From assembly GCA_000146045.2 (NCBI GenBank), contig BK006941.2, forward strand, positions 640,001-704,000: 64,000 nucleotides of DNA, in the 5' to 3' direction. Every line of letters starts with the position of its first letter. Positions within the stretch are counted from its first letter, which is position 1. This DNA comes from TPA_inf: Saccharomyces. Its lineage: Eukaryota. Position numbers and translations under genes: made by a program. Positions 10,815 to 21,820 of the stretch are shown piece by piece. The notes below the pieces were generated by a model. The model had not been told where the DNA came from. It made no database searches and worked only from the letters and a program-made list of their open reading frames with translations.

Positions 10815-11075
10815 AGGGGGAATCCCGTCTTTCGTCCGTCGGAGCCAAAGAGATGAGCCAAAGCAGAAAAACAGGGGACGCCGCCCTTCTTCCGTCCCGT
10901 GCGTGAGGGGGGCGCGGCCATTCGGTTTTTGCAATATGACCTGTGGGCCAAAAATCGAAAAAAAAAAAAATAAGAGGCGGCTGCGGAATTTTATAAGACA
11001 AGCGCAGGGCCAAAGAAAAAATAATAATTGACGTGGCTGAACAACAGTCTCTCCCCACCCCTTTCCAAAAAGGGG
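10815..11075. promoter_or_regulatory. GC-rich island with five STRE cores upstream of PIL1 (AGGGG at 10815, 10873, 10906 and 11071; CCCCT at 11058)
   Basis: The motifs were read directly from the sequence. The region is 200-460 bp upstream of the minus-strand PIL1 ATG and is unusually GC-rich for yeast intergenic DNA. Confidence 0.5.
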
Positions 11076-11289
11076 AATGAAATACGAGTTCTTTTTCCCA
11101 ATTGGTAAATATTCAACAAGAGACGCGCAGTACGTAACATGCGAATTGCGTAATTCACGGCGATAACGTAGTATTTAGATTTAGTATAATTTGAACCGAT
11201 GTATTTATTTGTCTGATTGATTTATGTATTCAAACTGTGTAAGTTTATTTATTTGCAACAATAATTCGTTTGAGTACACTACTAATGGC

Positions 11290-12981
11290 TTATTGTTTGG
11301 CATTTGTAGCGGCAGTCAATTGCGCTTGTTTGATCAAACTTTCCGGAGCATCAAAGACGGGCAGTTTCAGTTCAATTAGTCTGATCACCGAGTTTTTCTG
11401 GAACTCTGAATCAGTGGTTAAGGCATCCCACTCACCCGTAGTGGCGATCTTGTGATTTTCGTACTTTTTCGCACCAAATGCGGGCAACAGGGCGAGGTGA
11501 TCCCAGGTCTGGATTTCGTTGTACTCTGCGTGAGGCCCATGAATCAGCTTTTCGATAGTGTAGCCGTCGTTGTTAAGGACAAAAAGATACGGCTTTAACC
11601 CCCATCTGATCATGGTGGAGATTTCTTGGACGGTTAACTGCAAAGACCCGTCACCTATGAATAAGATGACTCTCTTGTTGGGGTCAATCTCCTCAGCGGC
11701 AAAGGCAGCACCTAAAGTTGCTCCTGTTGTAAAACCGATGGACCCCCACAACACCTGCGAGATACCGTAGGCGTCCTTAGGAAAGATAGTTTGATTGATA
11801 CCGAAGGCAGACGTGCCGGTCTCGGAAATGATAACATCACCTTCTTGCAAGAATTTGGACAATTCGTTCCACAACCACTCTTGTTTCAAGGGCGTGCTAG
11901 CAGGTACACCTTTGTTTGCGGGAGTTTTGGTTGGTACGGGAACGCTCTTGTAGCCCTTAACAACATCGGGAATAACCTTCAGTAAGTTTTGTAGTGCAAA
12001 TTTCATTTGTACACCGAGGAACGTAGCGTTCTTCACCTTTACGTAATCGGAATGAAACTCCACTACATTTTTAGTCTTGTAGGAGTAGGAAAACGAACCT
12101 GTGTTAAAATCAGAGAGCAAAGCACCGACCGAAAGGATCAAATCAGCCGACTCAACGGCCTGTTTCACGTCTTGTTTGGACAGCGTTCCCACATAAACAC
12201 CGCCATATCTGGGATGCTGTTCATCTATTGACCCTTTACCTAGAGGTGTCACAAAAGCTGGGAATTGCGTCAAATCAATTAACTTCTGGGTTTCTTTTTT
12301 AACGTTGTGCCTAGAAGCACAGGCATCCGATAGTATAACAGGGTTTTTCGAATTCTGGATCAATTCTAGTACGGTATCAATAACTTCCTTTTCAGCTTCG
12401 GGATCGTTAGGTTTTAATGATAGATCAATCGGTTTTTCCAAAAGAGAACCAGGAACCTTTAGATCTACCAAATTCGCTGGCAACCCCAAGTAGCTAGGCC
12501 TTTGTGTTATAAATGTTGTCCTGATCAACCTATCGATTTCTGAAGGGGCTGTAGCAATGTCTGTAATCATTGATGTAGTTTCTGAGATATTGGCGGACAT
12601 TCTGTGAAAAACGGTAAAATCACCGTTACCCAAGGTATGATGCAACAACAATTGCTTAGCCTGAGCGGAGATAGAGGGGACACCAACAACATGCAGTACA
12701 CCGACGTGTTCTGCATACGATCCTGCAATACCATTCAAGGCGGATAATTCACCTACGCCAAAAGTAGTTACCAGCACAGATAAACCCTTGATGCGTGCGT
12801 AACCATCGGCGGCATAGGCGGCGTTCAGCTCATTTGCATTACCAGCCCATCTCAATCCATCTACCTCGTAAATCTTGTCCAATAGGGACAAGTTGAAGTC
12901 GCCTGGTAGCCCAAAAATGGTGTTAACATTAACTTGCTTCAATCTTTCAAATAAGTATTTTCCAAGAGTAATTTCAGACAT
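11290..12981 (-). CDS. PDC6: Pyruvate decarboxylase, minor isozyme Pdc6, 563 aa
   Basis: The minus-strand ORF starts at the CAT at 12979-12981. MSEITLGKYLFERLKQVNVNTIFGLPGDFNLSLLDKIYEVDGLRWAGN... matches PDC6 rather than PDC1 or PDC5: it has IFG, YEVDGLRW, and GLSVLVTT where PDC1 and PDC5 have GMSCIITT. The protein has a TPP-binding fold. Confidence 0.95.
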   Translation of the reverse strand: MSEITLGKYLFERLKQVNVNTIFGLPGDFNLSLLDKIYEVDGLRWAGNANELNAAYAADGYARIKGLSVLVTTFGVGELSALNGIAGSYAEHVGVLHVVGVPSISAQAKQLLLHHTLGNGDFTVFHRMSANISETTSMITDIATAPSEIDRLIRTTFITQRPSYLGLPANLVDLKVPGSLLEKPIDLSLKPNDPEAEKEVIDTVLELIQNSKNPVILSDACASRHNVKKETQKLIDLTQFPAFVTPLGKGSIDEQHPRYGGVYVGTLSKQDVKQAVESADLILSVGALLSDFNTGSFSYSYKTKNVVEFHSDYVKVKNATFLGVQMKFALQNLLKVIPDVVKGYKSVPVPTKTPANKGVPASTPLKQEWLWNELSKFLQEGDVIISETGTSAFGINQTIFPKDAYGISQVLWGSIGFTTGATLGAAFAAEEIDPNKRVILFIGDGSLQLTVQEISTMIRWGLKPYLFVLNNDGYTIEKLIHGPHAEYNEIQTWDHLALLPAFGAKKYENHKIATTGEWDALTTDSEFQKNSVIRLIELKLPVFDAPESLIKQAQLTAATNAKQ

Positions 12982-14042
12982 TTTGTTGGCAATATGTTTT
13001 TGCTATATTACGTGGGTTTTTTATTTATACTGTATATAAAAGAGGACTGCAATAGCACAAGATTAAGATAGAATGGCTTCAAACAGCCGCCTTTTATACA
13101 TATTGGTAAAAGCTCGCGAATCGCACCATATCCCTTATCCTGTAATCAAATCGATCTAGGTGCAGATACAGATCAATTCATAAAAAGAAATTGAAGCACC
13201 AGTTTATCACTACTACACTATCTTTTTCTTTTTTTTTTTTTTTTGCGAAGTTTCGCCCTTTGTTCAATATCACTTGATAAGTTGTGGGCTTTTTCTGTCA
13301 CTCATTCGGCTTAAAAAGTATTCGTTCTTTTGTGTTTTATGAAAAGGGAACGTGATATAAAAAAACATCCTTTGGTGTGGGACATGGGCTTTTGTTTAGA
13401 GAATGGTTATCACTACCGCCCCCACCCTTGAAAGCCACAGAAAATGAAAAAGTATGTGAATAAGGTGTGAACTCTATAACATTTTGGCCAAATGCCACAG
13501 CCGATCTGCATATTCCAATGGACATAATGCAACAACAATTGATGTCACATTCTCTTACACACTTCGATTGGTCCGTACGTAGTACTTTTTACATAACTGA
13601 CTCAGGCGTTTCCTTCATTGAAATGCTCATCTATTGCCAAGTACATAGAATCCACAGTGCATAGGTTTATGAGATGCTTGGAAGATGTACGATCGCCTGC
13701 ACTATATTAGTATATTTTTTCAGGCTTTACAAAACCAGAAAGAAATTACCGACTGTAATACTTAATTTCCATGATTTTAATCGTATGGTCCGTGAGGAAA
13801 GAGGAATTTTAGGTAAAAAAAAACCTTTGTCTATCAAAACATAAAAGAAAAGAAAAAAATTAAATTGAATAAGTCAGCTTTTTAGCATGACCACAGTAAT
13901 AATAGTAATACGATATCAGCATGAGCTGCTAAACATTAAGAATTTTTGAATTGTGTTCGCTGGTAAGAGAAAATAGGGTAGCATTAGTTGCGAGATGGAA
14001 AATTAAAATATGCGTCATAAGGTATTTTCGACGTTGAAGATT

Positions 14043-14275
14043 AGGGGTTGCAAGTCCGAGAACTAAACTGCCTTCACGACGTCAAACTTATTGTATGGTG
14101 ACAATAAAACGAATTCAAGAAGCCAGAGATGATGAGGAACCGATGACGAGGCACATGGGGATAGAACCTCCGTTATCTCCATTCCGCGTTGAGCAGCTCT
14201 CCTGCGTGCTTTCACAGAGACCCTAAGCCAAGACCGCGGACGGCCCTCTTTTTCAAGGGGATCACCGGTAAGGGG
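14043..14275. promoter_or_regulatory. Three STRE cores (AGGGG) upstream of CTT1, at 14043-14047, 14256-14260 and 14271-14275
   Basis: The motifs were read directly from the sequence. They lie at about -591, -378 and -363 relative to the CTT1 ATG. CTT1 is the classic Msn2/4 STRE-driven gene. Confidence 0.7.
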
Positions 14276-14633
14276 CCAAGCGGTGAAATTGCGTATTGTT
14301 TCCTCCTATCAATGATGAGTACGTCGCCGATCCAGAAGGGTTATTATTGTCATTGCCAGTACTATTCGTATGCTGAAAAAGTATAGTTCACTTCACCCTC
14401 TGGCTGCAGGCTAGCCTAGCCGATAATGCCCCCGACTCCCTCAACAGGTAGAATTTGTAAGGATTCGACGTAGCCTGGACACATTGTGCATTTATCGTAT
14501 CCCCTACTGCTACACGTATAAGAAGTCGTTGCTTTACCTCTATTCCAGAACTCAATCTTGTCGTTACTTGCCCTTATTAAAAAAATCCTTCTCTTGTCTC
14601 ATGCCAATAAGATCAATCAGCTCAGCTTCACAA

Positions 14634-16322
14634 ATGAACGTGTTCGGTAAAAAAGAAGAAAAGCAAGAAAAAGTTTACTCTCTACAAAACGGTTTTCCGT
14701 ACTCTCATCACCCATACGCTTCTCAATACTCAAGACCAGACGGCCCTATCTTACTGCAAGACTTCCATCTGCTGGAAAATATTGCAAGTTTCGATAGAGA
14801 AAGAGTTCCGGAGCGTGTAGTCCATGCCAAAGGTGGTGGTTGTAGACTGGAGTTCGAACTAACAGATTCTTTGAGTGATATTACATACGCCGCTCCATAC
14901 CAGAATGTGGGTTACAAATGTCCTGGTCTTGTTCGTTTTTCCACCGTTGGTGGTGAAAGTGGTACACCAGACACTGCAAGAGACCCAAGAGGTGTTTCTT
15001 TTAAATTCTATACCGAGTGGGGGAACCATGACTGGGTCTTCAACAATACTCCCGTCTTCTTCCTCAGAGACGCTATTAAGTTTCCCGTATTTATTCATTC
15101 GCAAAAGAGAGACCCTCAGTCTCATCTGAATCAGTTTCAGGACACTACCATATACTGGGATTATCTAACATTGAATCCGGAATCAATCCATCAAATAACT
15201 TACATGTTTGGTGATAGAGGTACTCCTGCTTCGTGGGCTAGTATGAACGCGTACTCTGGTCATTCCTTCATCATGGTCAACAAAGAAGGTAAGGACACAT
15301 ATGTGCAATTCCACGTCTTGTCGGATACTGGTTTTGAAACCTTGACTGGAGATAAGGCTGCTGAACTGTCAGGCTCCCACCCTGATTATAATCAGGCAAA
15401 GCTGTTCACTCAATTGCAAAATGGCGAAAAGCCAAAATTTAACTGTTATGTGCAAACAATGACACCCGAACAAGCAACTAAGTTCAGGTATTCGGTAAAT
15501 GACCTAACGAAAATATGGCCACACAAGGAATTCCCTTTGAGAAAATTTGGTACCATCACCCTAACGGAGAATGTTGACAATTATTTCCAAGAAATTGAAC
15601 AAGTTGCATTCAGTCCAACGAACACTTGTATCCCAGGTATTAAGCCTTCTAATGATTCCGTTCTACAAGCCAGACTTTTCTCCTATCCAGACACTCAACG
15701 TCATAGATTGGGAGCCAACTATCAGCAATTGCCCGTCAACAGACCAAGAAACTTGGGATGTCCATACTCCAAAGGTGATTCCCAATACACTGCCGAACAG
15801 TGTCCATTTAAAGCAGTGAACTTCCAAAGGGACGGCCCAATGAGTTACTACAATTTCGGTCCTGAGCCAAATTATATTTCCAGTTTACCAAATCAAACTC
15901 TGAAATTCAAAAATGAAGACAACGACGAAGTATCTGATAAGTTCAAAGGGATAGTTCTTGACGAAGTAACAGAAGTTTCTGTGAGAAAACAGGAACAAGA
16001 CCAAATCAGAAACGAGCATATTGTTGATGCCAAAATTAATCAATATTACTACGTTTATGGTATTAGTCCACTAGACTTCGAACAGCCAAGAGCTCTATAT
16101 GAAAAGGTATACAACGATGAACAGAAGAAATTATTCGTTCATAACGTTGTTTGCCACGCTTGTAAGATCAAAGATCCTAAAGTCAAAAAGAGAGTTACGC
16201 AATACTTTGGTTTGCTAAACGAAGATTTGGGTAAAGTCATTGCAGAATGCTTGGGAGTTCCTTGGGAACCTGTTGACCTTGAAGGTTATGCCAAGACTTG
16301 GTCCATTGCAAGTGCCAATTAA
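14634..16322 (+). CDS. CTT1: Cytosolic catalase T, 562 aa
   Basis: The track ORF begins at a TTG at 14484; the first ATG is at 14634 and gives 562 aa. MNVFGKKEEKQEKVYSLQNGFPYSHHPYASQYSRPDGPILLQDFHLLE... contains the catalase core motifs. Three AGGGG STREs lie upstream. Confidence 0.95.
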   Translation: MNVFGKKEEKQEKVYSLQNGFPYSHHPYASQYSRPDGPILLQDFHLLENIASFDRERVPERVVHAKGGGCRLEFELTDSLSDITYAAPYQNVGYKCPGLVRFSTVGGESGTPDTARDPRGVSFKFYTEWGNHDWVFNNTPVFFLRDAIKFPVFIHSQKRDPQSHLNQFQDTTIYWDYLTLNPESIHQITYMFGDRGTPASWASMNAYSGHSFIMVNKEGKDTYVQFHVLSDTGFETLTGDKAAELSGSHPDYNQAKLFTQLQNGEKPKFNCYVQTMTPEQATKFRYSVNDLTKIWPHKEFPLRKFGTITLTENVDNYFQEIEQVAFSPTNTCIPGIKPSNDSVLQARLFSYPDTQRHRLGANYQQLPVNRPRNLGCPYSKGDSQYTAEQCPFKAVNFQRDGPMSYYNFGPEPNYISSLPNQTLKFKNEDNDEVSDKFKGIVLDEVTEVSVRKQEQDQIRNEHIVDAKINQYYYVYGISPLDFEQPRALYEKVYNDEQKKLFVHNVVCHACKIKDPKVKKRVTQYFGLLNEDLGKVIAECLGVPWEPVDLEGYAKTWSIASAN

Positions 16323-16959
16323 GGCAGCACTATTTATTCATAATTATTCGTAATTATATCTCCATAATTATTTATTCATAAGTTTTCTTTAAGTTTATTC
16401 TCTACATCACTAGTTATTACAAATTGGTCGTATGTACAAGCACTAATATTTCATACTTATCGTACTTCATACATAGCAAATCCTGTTAGGAAAAATATGG
16501 CAGCAAAACAGATTGGCTGCCTACTTTTGACACATTTTTTTCTAATTCGGTACTTAGATCGGCATGAACTCAACGATTATCGCATTATACGGACAATCTG
16601 AAAAAAAAAAGTAGCCTAACTTATGCAGTTGTGTGTTTATAACGTTGAATTCCTAAACCTCTTGAAGGTGTAATATAACAAGTAACATAACTAGGTTTTC
16701 ACAACTCGTTAGTTTCTATTAAAAGAGGAATAAACAAATTTTATTAGGACTAAGAGGATTATACAGAGTACCAGCAGAGAAAACTTTAAATTCTTTCTGT
16801 TATAATAATATCTTACCAAAGTTTTTTGTTTTCTATCTCCACATTTTTCGTACCATCTCTTTAGGTAATCACTCTGAATAACTTTTATTCATATACACCC
16901 CAATATTTTTTAAGATTCCACCTATCTCCGTTACATAAAAGGATCCATGCACAATTTTC

Positions 16960-19770
16960 ATGGAGGAACAATTTACTAATCAGAAGAAAGTATCACATCT
17001 ACAGTCATTAATGAACACTAAAAGGAGTGAACAGCCCACCGAATTTGCCAAAAAACATAGGTTTAAAGATACGCTTGCATTGTTCCTGGTTTTTTTGAGT
17101 TTTAACCACTTCACTTCCCTATGTTTATTGGTTTCCTTTATTGTTGCTACCAAATGCAAAGATTTTCTGGCAAATTGTTTTATTATACTTTTCCTATCGA
17201 AAAAACCTTCCCGCCATATCGGTGAAGTGGCGCACATAGATATAAGTACTTCCAAAGTGACCAATGGTAGTTCAAACCGAAAATCTAATTCACGATTTTT
17301 TGGCAATTCAAAAAATAGCTTCGTCATTCCGATCCCCGTATTAATTTGTGAAATTTTATTTGCAATGTTACTAAAGATTTACGGTGGCGATTATTTTGTT
17401 AAGCCAATAAAAAATCTGGCAATTTCTATTATTGCCTCATTTTTGATCAATGATCCAAGCGATTGCTTAAGCTATGCAACTTCATGCTCAGTATTGTATG
17501 CTGTGTCAACTAACACTTTTCAAAGAGTGTCACACTTCTTTGACATTATACAGTTATTTGATATGTCTTTACGAGGAACCGGCCAATCAATTAAATTATT
17601 CACGGTTTTTCGCAAGTATTCACAGTTTTTCAAAAAGCTTTTCTCTCTATTTTTGCCAATGCCTTTCAAGATGCTTGGCAAACATTCAGACAGTATGATT
17701 TATTATCTATCCTTTCACATCCTTTTTTTCTCATTTGCTTCAAGTTTATTACACCCTCATAGACAAACAGCGGAAAACAAGCCATTGAAAAAGGGTTTCA
17801 ATTCAACTAAACCAGATGTAGCCCGTGTTCAAGGTCTGCAAAAGATGAGAATTTCTTCTTCTTCTTCCGTTTCTGCCGATTCGAACACTTTAGAGGACCA
17901 AAGTCCTATGATACCGAACGATCCAGGTGGACTTAGCAGCAGCAATCAAACTATCCATCCATCCCAACAAAATAACTCGCCAGTTCCCCTATCATCACAC
18001 AGTAATATTTTGAACCCTGCCGCCTCTTATCCTACTGATGCTACTTCTAGTTTTCCCTATTTCACTTCTATGGTCAAGGAATATAAGTCATATCAGCCAT
18101 CGGTAATCTCTGCTGAAGGAAGCAATTCTCAAGCCGTTACTACTACTACCAGTACAACAACCTCTCCTACAACGTTCAACTTTTCTGGTGATAACACTAG
18201 TTTGTCAAATGAAATCTCTCTATCTGATTCCTCGAATGGAAATTCGAAAAAGGATTCTGATTTCTTTTCCCCTTCCAATGACAAGTATACTAACCAACTG
18301 TTTGAACTGAATGTTGATTTTGGGAACATGTTTTCTTCTAGCAAATTATCTTCAGACATATCTGTTACATCAAACTTGGAAAATTTTATCCGTCTTCTAT
18401 TCAGAAGAAAGAATCAACACTTGATTGCACCTCTTTGGTCTATGGTAGTTACATTAAAAACAACGAATTTTGAAAAAAAATACTTACAAGAAACCTCTGA
18501 AAATTCACTAACACCAACAAATTCGAATACTTCATACGTCAGTAATCAGGAAAAACATGACAAAGATTTGGACACGATTAATACACATTCAGTTTCATCA
18601 AGAATTAGTTTCACCCATGCCGGAAAGTTTAAGAAGAGCGTGTTTAACAATTTCGAACCTTCAAATACTATGGCCCTGATTGCAAAGACAACATCTGATG
18701 ACTACAATCTTTTAAATTTAGTTTCCACCAATGAAAATATTTTCAATAGAAATGATAATGACTACAAAGTTTGCATTATTGATATTAGCACAAACTCTAT
18801 TACATTCCATATTGAAAATTTACATGATGGCGAACTCATTGTTTTAGTAAACGGTGTTATCTGGTCAGAAGTTTCTTGCGCTTTAATTTTAGAGCATGTA
18901 GGCGAAGAATACGTTGTCGTTAACGGATTAGTCCCTTCTTGTTCTTATGATATTCAATTCATCAACAGACTAAATCACCGAGATGATTATTTGGTTTCTG
19001 ATTTAATTGTAAGGACTTGTGGGAATAACAATGCGATTGCCGGAAAATTTGAAAACCTTGATTTCAGCTTCCCTTCATACTACCATAGGAAATTCTTATC
19101 TCCGTTGCTAACTCTGAAGCATTCCGTGCTAACTACAAACGCAAATTTGTCCGATGAAAGGACAAAATTGAAAAAGACAAAAAAGGAATTCAGCAAGAAG
19201 TTAAGTCTTTTGAGACAAGAAATTGATTATTTTAAAGGCAGGATTTCACAGAACGCAACACATGACGAAAAGAGCACTTTAAAAGTCGAAAATTTGAAGG
19301 TTGCCCTACAGCAAAGTGAGACTGCGGTAAATAAGTTAGAGATGCAATTGAAAACTCTCACTGAAAAAGAGCTTGAATTAGAAGAGGAATACTTGAAAAA
19401 GAAAGATCTACACTTGAAAAATCAATTAGAGTTCAGTAAGTTAGAAGAAAGCTTATCGAAAGACCTGAAAAACTCAGAAGGGAGGTTCCAAAAGGTCAAT
19501 CAAGAATTAGTTCAACTAGGCTCTAAACTGGACAAATTGAACGCGAGAAACGAGAAGTTACAAAAGGAGGTCGATCAGAACGCAGAAGAGATAGAAAAGT
19601 TCAGTACTCAATTTTTGAGTAAAAGAGAAAAGGATAGATTTAGAAGAAAGGAGTACAGGATACGCGAAGCCAATAAATTTGAATTGACTATAAAGGGGTT
19701 AGAGCAAGATATCAACAGATTAGAAAATGAGAATGAAAATATACATAGTCTAATTGGTAATAGTTACTGA
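16960..19770 (+). CDS. NNF2: Nnf2, 936-aa protein with an N-terminal hydrophobic region and C-terminal coiled coil
   Basis: The ATG is at 16960 and the ORF is 936 aa, at the YGR089W position. The Ser/Thr/Asn-rich middle and the KLKKTKKEFSKKLSLLRQEIDYFKG coiled-coil tail are consistent with NNF2. The call rests mainly on position and length. Confidence 0.75.
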   Translation: MEEQFTNQKKVSHLQSLMNTKRSEQPTEFAKKHRFKDTLALFLVFLSFNHFTSLCLLVSFIVATKCKDFLANCFIILFLSKKPSRHIGEVAHIDISTSKVTNGSSNRKSNSRFFGNSKNSFVIPIPVLICEILFAMLLKIYGGDYFVKPIKNLAISIIASFLINDPSDCLSYATSCSVLYAVSTNTFQRVSHFFDIIQLFDMSLRGTGQSIKLFTVFRKYSQFFKKLFSLFLPMPFKMLGKHSDSMIYYLSFHILFFSFASSLLHPHRQTAENKPLKKGFNSTKPDVARVQGLQKMRISSSSSVSADSNTLEDQSPMIPNDPGGLSSSNQTIHPSQQNNSPVPLSSHSNILNPAASYPTDATSSFPYFTSMVKEYKSYQPSVISAEGSNSQAVTTTTSTTTSPTTFNFSGDNTSLSNEISLSDSSNGNSKKDSDFFSPSNDKYTNQLFELNVDFGNMFSSSKLSSDISVTSNLENFIRLLFRRKNQHLIAPLWSMVVTLKTTNFEKKYLQETSENSLTPTNSNTSYVSNQEKHDKDLDTINTHSVSSRISFTHAGKFKKSVFNNFEPSNTMALIAKTTSDDYNLLNLVSTNENIFNRNDNDYKVCIIDISTNSITFHIENLHDGELIVLVNGVIWSEVSCALILEHVGEEYVVVNGLVPSCSYDIQFINRLNHRDDYLVSDLIVRTCGNNNAIAGKFENLDFSFPSYYHRKFLSPLLTLKHSVLTTNANLSDERTKLKKTKKEFSKKLSLLRQEIDYFKGRISQNATHDEKSTLKVENLKVALQQSETAVNKLEMQLKTLTEKELELEEEYLKKKDLHLKNQLEFSKLEESLSKDLKNSEGRFQKVNQELVQLGSKLDKLNARNEKLQKEVDQNAEEIEKFSTQFLSKREKDRFRRKEYRIREANKFELTIKGLEQDINRLENENENIHSLIGNSY

Positions 19771-19987
19771 TGGAAGATTAGAAAACAAAGATAGATAAGA
19801 ATTCGTTTTGTAGCATCCTAAAATTTACTTCTATTGAATATATACATGTATTTATTACTTGGACGTTCTACTTTAAATGTAGTCAGTCGTTTTTTTCTCG
19901 ATATTGTTTTTTTATTGTTTCCTAATAACTTCATTTGTTACTTTTTTGCCTTTTGTTATTTATGGAAATAATGCAGGTTAACATAAG

Positions 19988-19998
19988 TAAACATAAAA
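19988..19998 (-). promoter_or_regulatory. Candidate ARS consensus sequence: TTTTATGTTTA on the minus strand is an 11/11 match to the consensus, and a 16/17 match to the extended consensus ATATTTTATGTTTACTT
   Basis: The motif was read directly from the sequence. It is 220 bp past the NNF2 stop, inside the 2 kb gene-free interval. It is the only perfect consensus match I found among the intergenic regions I scanned by eye. Confidence 0.35.
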
Positions 19999-21748
19999 TA
20001 TGAGAAAAACTAAGAATGTTTGCTGATGTATTGAACAGTTCACATCGTTGTGTCTACTATTAACACTAAGTTGTTGATCAAAACATTCCCTAATTAATAG
20101 CTGCCCCAGGACTTGGAAGGCCACACTACTCTCCATGACATCAAAGATACGGCCCAAATAATCTGTATCCTCGATATGAACTTAGGACCACATATTTGGA
20201 GCTTGTCCAAAATACTAAAATGGCAGATAACAATTAGATGGTTCCAATTCAAATACATTACAAGCTACGAAAACTAATATTCTATAATTTATACTAAGTT
20301 CATGGAAAGAATTGCAATGGATTGAGGTTTCTAACGAGGTTATCACTACCGCAAATATAGAGAGTAAGTTGGTAATATACAACAATAGAATTTAATCAAT
20401 AACCAATCTCAACATTATTGTATCGTATTTTAACTTATAATTGTGCTCATATCAAGTTTTCTAGGTTACAATTACGACCAATTCTCAGGTTGTTTTGCAA
20501 AATTGGCGAAGAGATGGAGGCCTACCACATATTATCACGATTTGATAGGGATAATCTGAGTAACGATTAGTTATTGACGAATCCCTTTAATATAGTTTCC
20601 ACACGAGAATAGGCGCCTACTAAAGAATTGATGAATCTGCTGGTAATTTCTAGGTTTCCATTATTCGGTAAAATATACGGAATGTATTAGGGGTTCTTCA
20701 TGACGATCAAAGATCCATGAATGGAGATCGGTATTTTTAAGTAATAGTGCTACTATTTTTTTCCTTTTTGCATTCTGTCGTTCAATATCCTGTTACATTA
20801 TTAATCTTAGTTTCGGATTCCACTGAAATCAATAACTATATCCCATGGCTTGGGCCTTAATTCTTGTGTCATATACAATAATATGCTAGTGCCGTGAACA
20901 CTAGCCAATGAAGAAATGATCGTTTTCCAACACATACCGGACGTGGCTCTGATAGTGCTCGACGATGGAAATTTCAGCATGCATACTGATGTATGTCAAG
21001 ATAACAACTACAGTCCTATCGTCGTGATTATAGGGAATCGACCGCGCCACTGCTATGACAACGGAAAGTTTATCCATGGCCTGCTGATTTTGATGCTGCT
21101 GTGGACACGAGAATACCAACACCTGTTCACATCTTCATGTGGATGAACGTAACGAAGTGGATATTTAGGCTCGGTAGCGAATCTTTTGCCGTACCTCCAA
21201 ATTTATCTTGTATCGATTTTTCCGTCTAGTTGAAACTGTTATTATCCGCCCCTCCAATTTTCTGTAAAGCATAGGTGCTTCTTCAAAGTATCCAATGTAT
21301 TTCTTAAGCTTATCAAGAAATAACATACTTCGAATACGTCCCAAGTTTTCTGATAACTTTATCATATTCTTTTGGCTAATTGGCGATCGTTTATATACCC
21401 CAGTGATTTTGGTTATAAATTTATAATATAGTTCAAACTATCCTTCCTTTAGAACAACTGTAAGCTTTAATTTTGAGCAAGCGCTACCATTTGATATATA
21501 GCAAACTAACCAAAATGCTAAGACATCTTCTAGTCTAAAAGTAACTCTTTTTCTGTGTATCTAATTCACATTGTGAATTTGAAAAGTACCCTTATTTGTA
21601 TATATGTTGGTTTTGATGGTAGGTGACCTCACTTTTCTTTAGAAAATTTGCAATTATAGTTTTAGACAATCCCTTTATGTTTCATGTGCGTATTCATTAT
21701 TTTTAACAAATTCCTAGTTCTCAAATCTGAGTCTCTTGGTAAAAATTT

Positions 21749-21820
21749 GCCTCCTTAGCTTAGTGGTAGAGCGTTGCACTTGTAATGCAAAGGTCGTTAG
21801 TTCAATTCTGACAGGTGGCA
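21749..21820 (+). tRNA. tT(UGU)G1: tRNA-Thr, anticodon UGU, 72 nt, no intron
   Basis: I folded the cloverleaf by eye. The acceptor stem is GCCTCCT paired with AGGTGGC, with one U:U mismatch at the 4:69 position. The D-arm is GCTT/GAGC with a 7-nt loop. The anticodon stem is TTGCA/TGCAA with loop C-T-TGT-A-A. The T-arm is GTTAG-TTCAATT-CTGAC, and the discriminator is A. A T7 terminator follows at 21836-21843. Confidence 0.85.

Noticed and set aside
20901-21365. A stop-codon-poor patch in the NNF2/tRNA-Thr gap, with ATG-initiated small ORFs on both strands (20916-21146 on +, 76 aa; 20901-21122 on -, 73 aa; 21165-21365 on -, 66 aa)
   Set aside because: The ORFs overlap each other on opposite strands and no protein similarity is recognisable. 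Their lengths are within what chance produces in a 2 kb interval. A faint resemblance of 20810-20840 to the 5' end of delta (GAAATCAA..ACTAT) is too weak to call.
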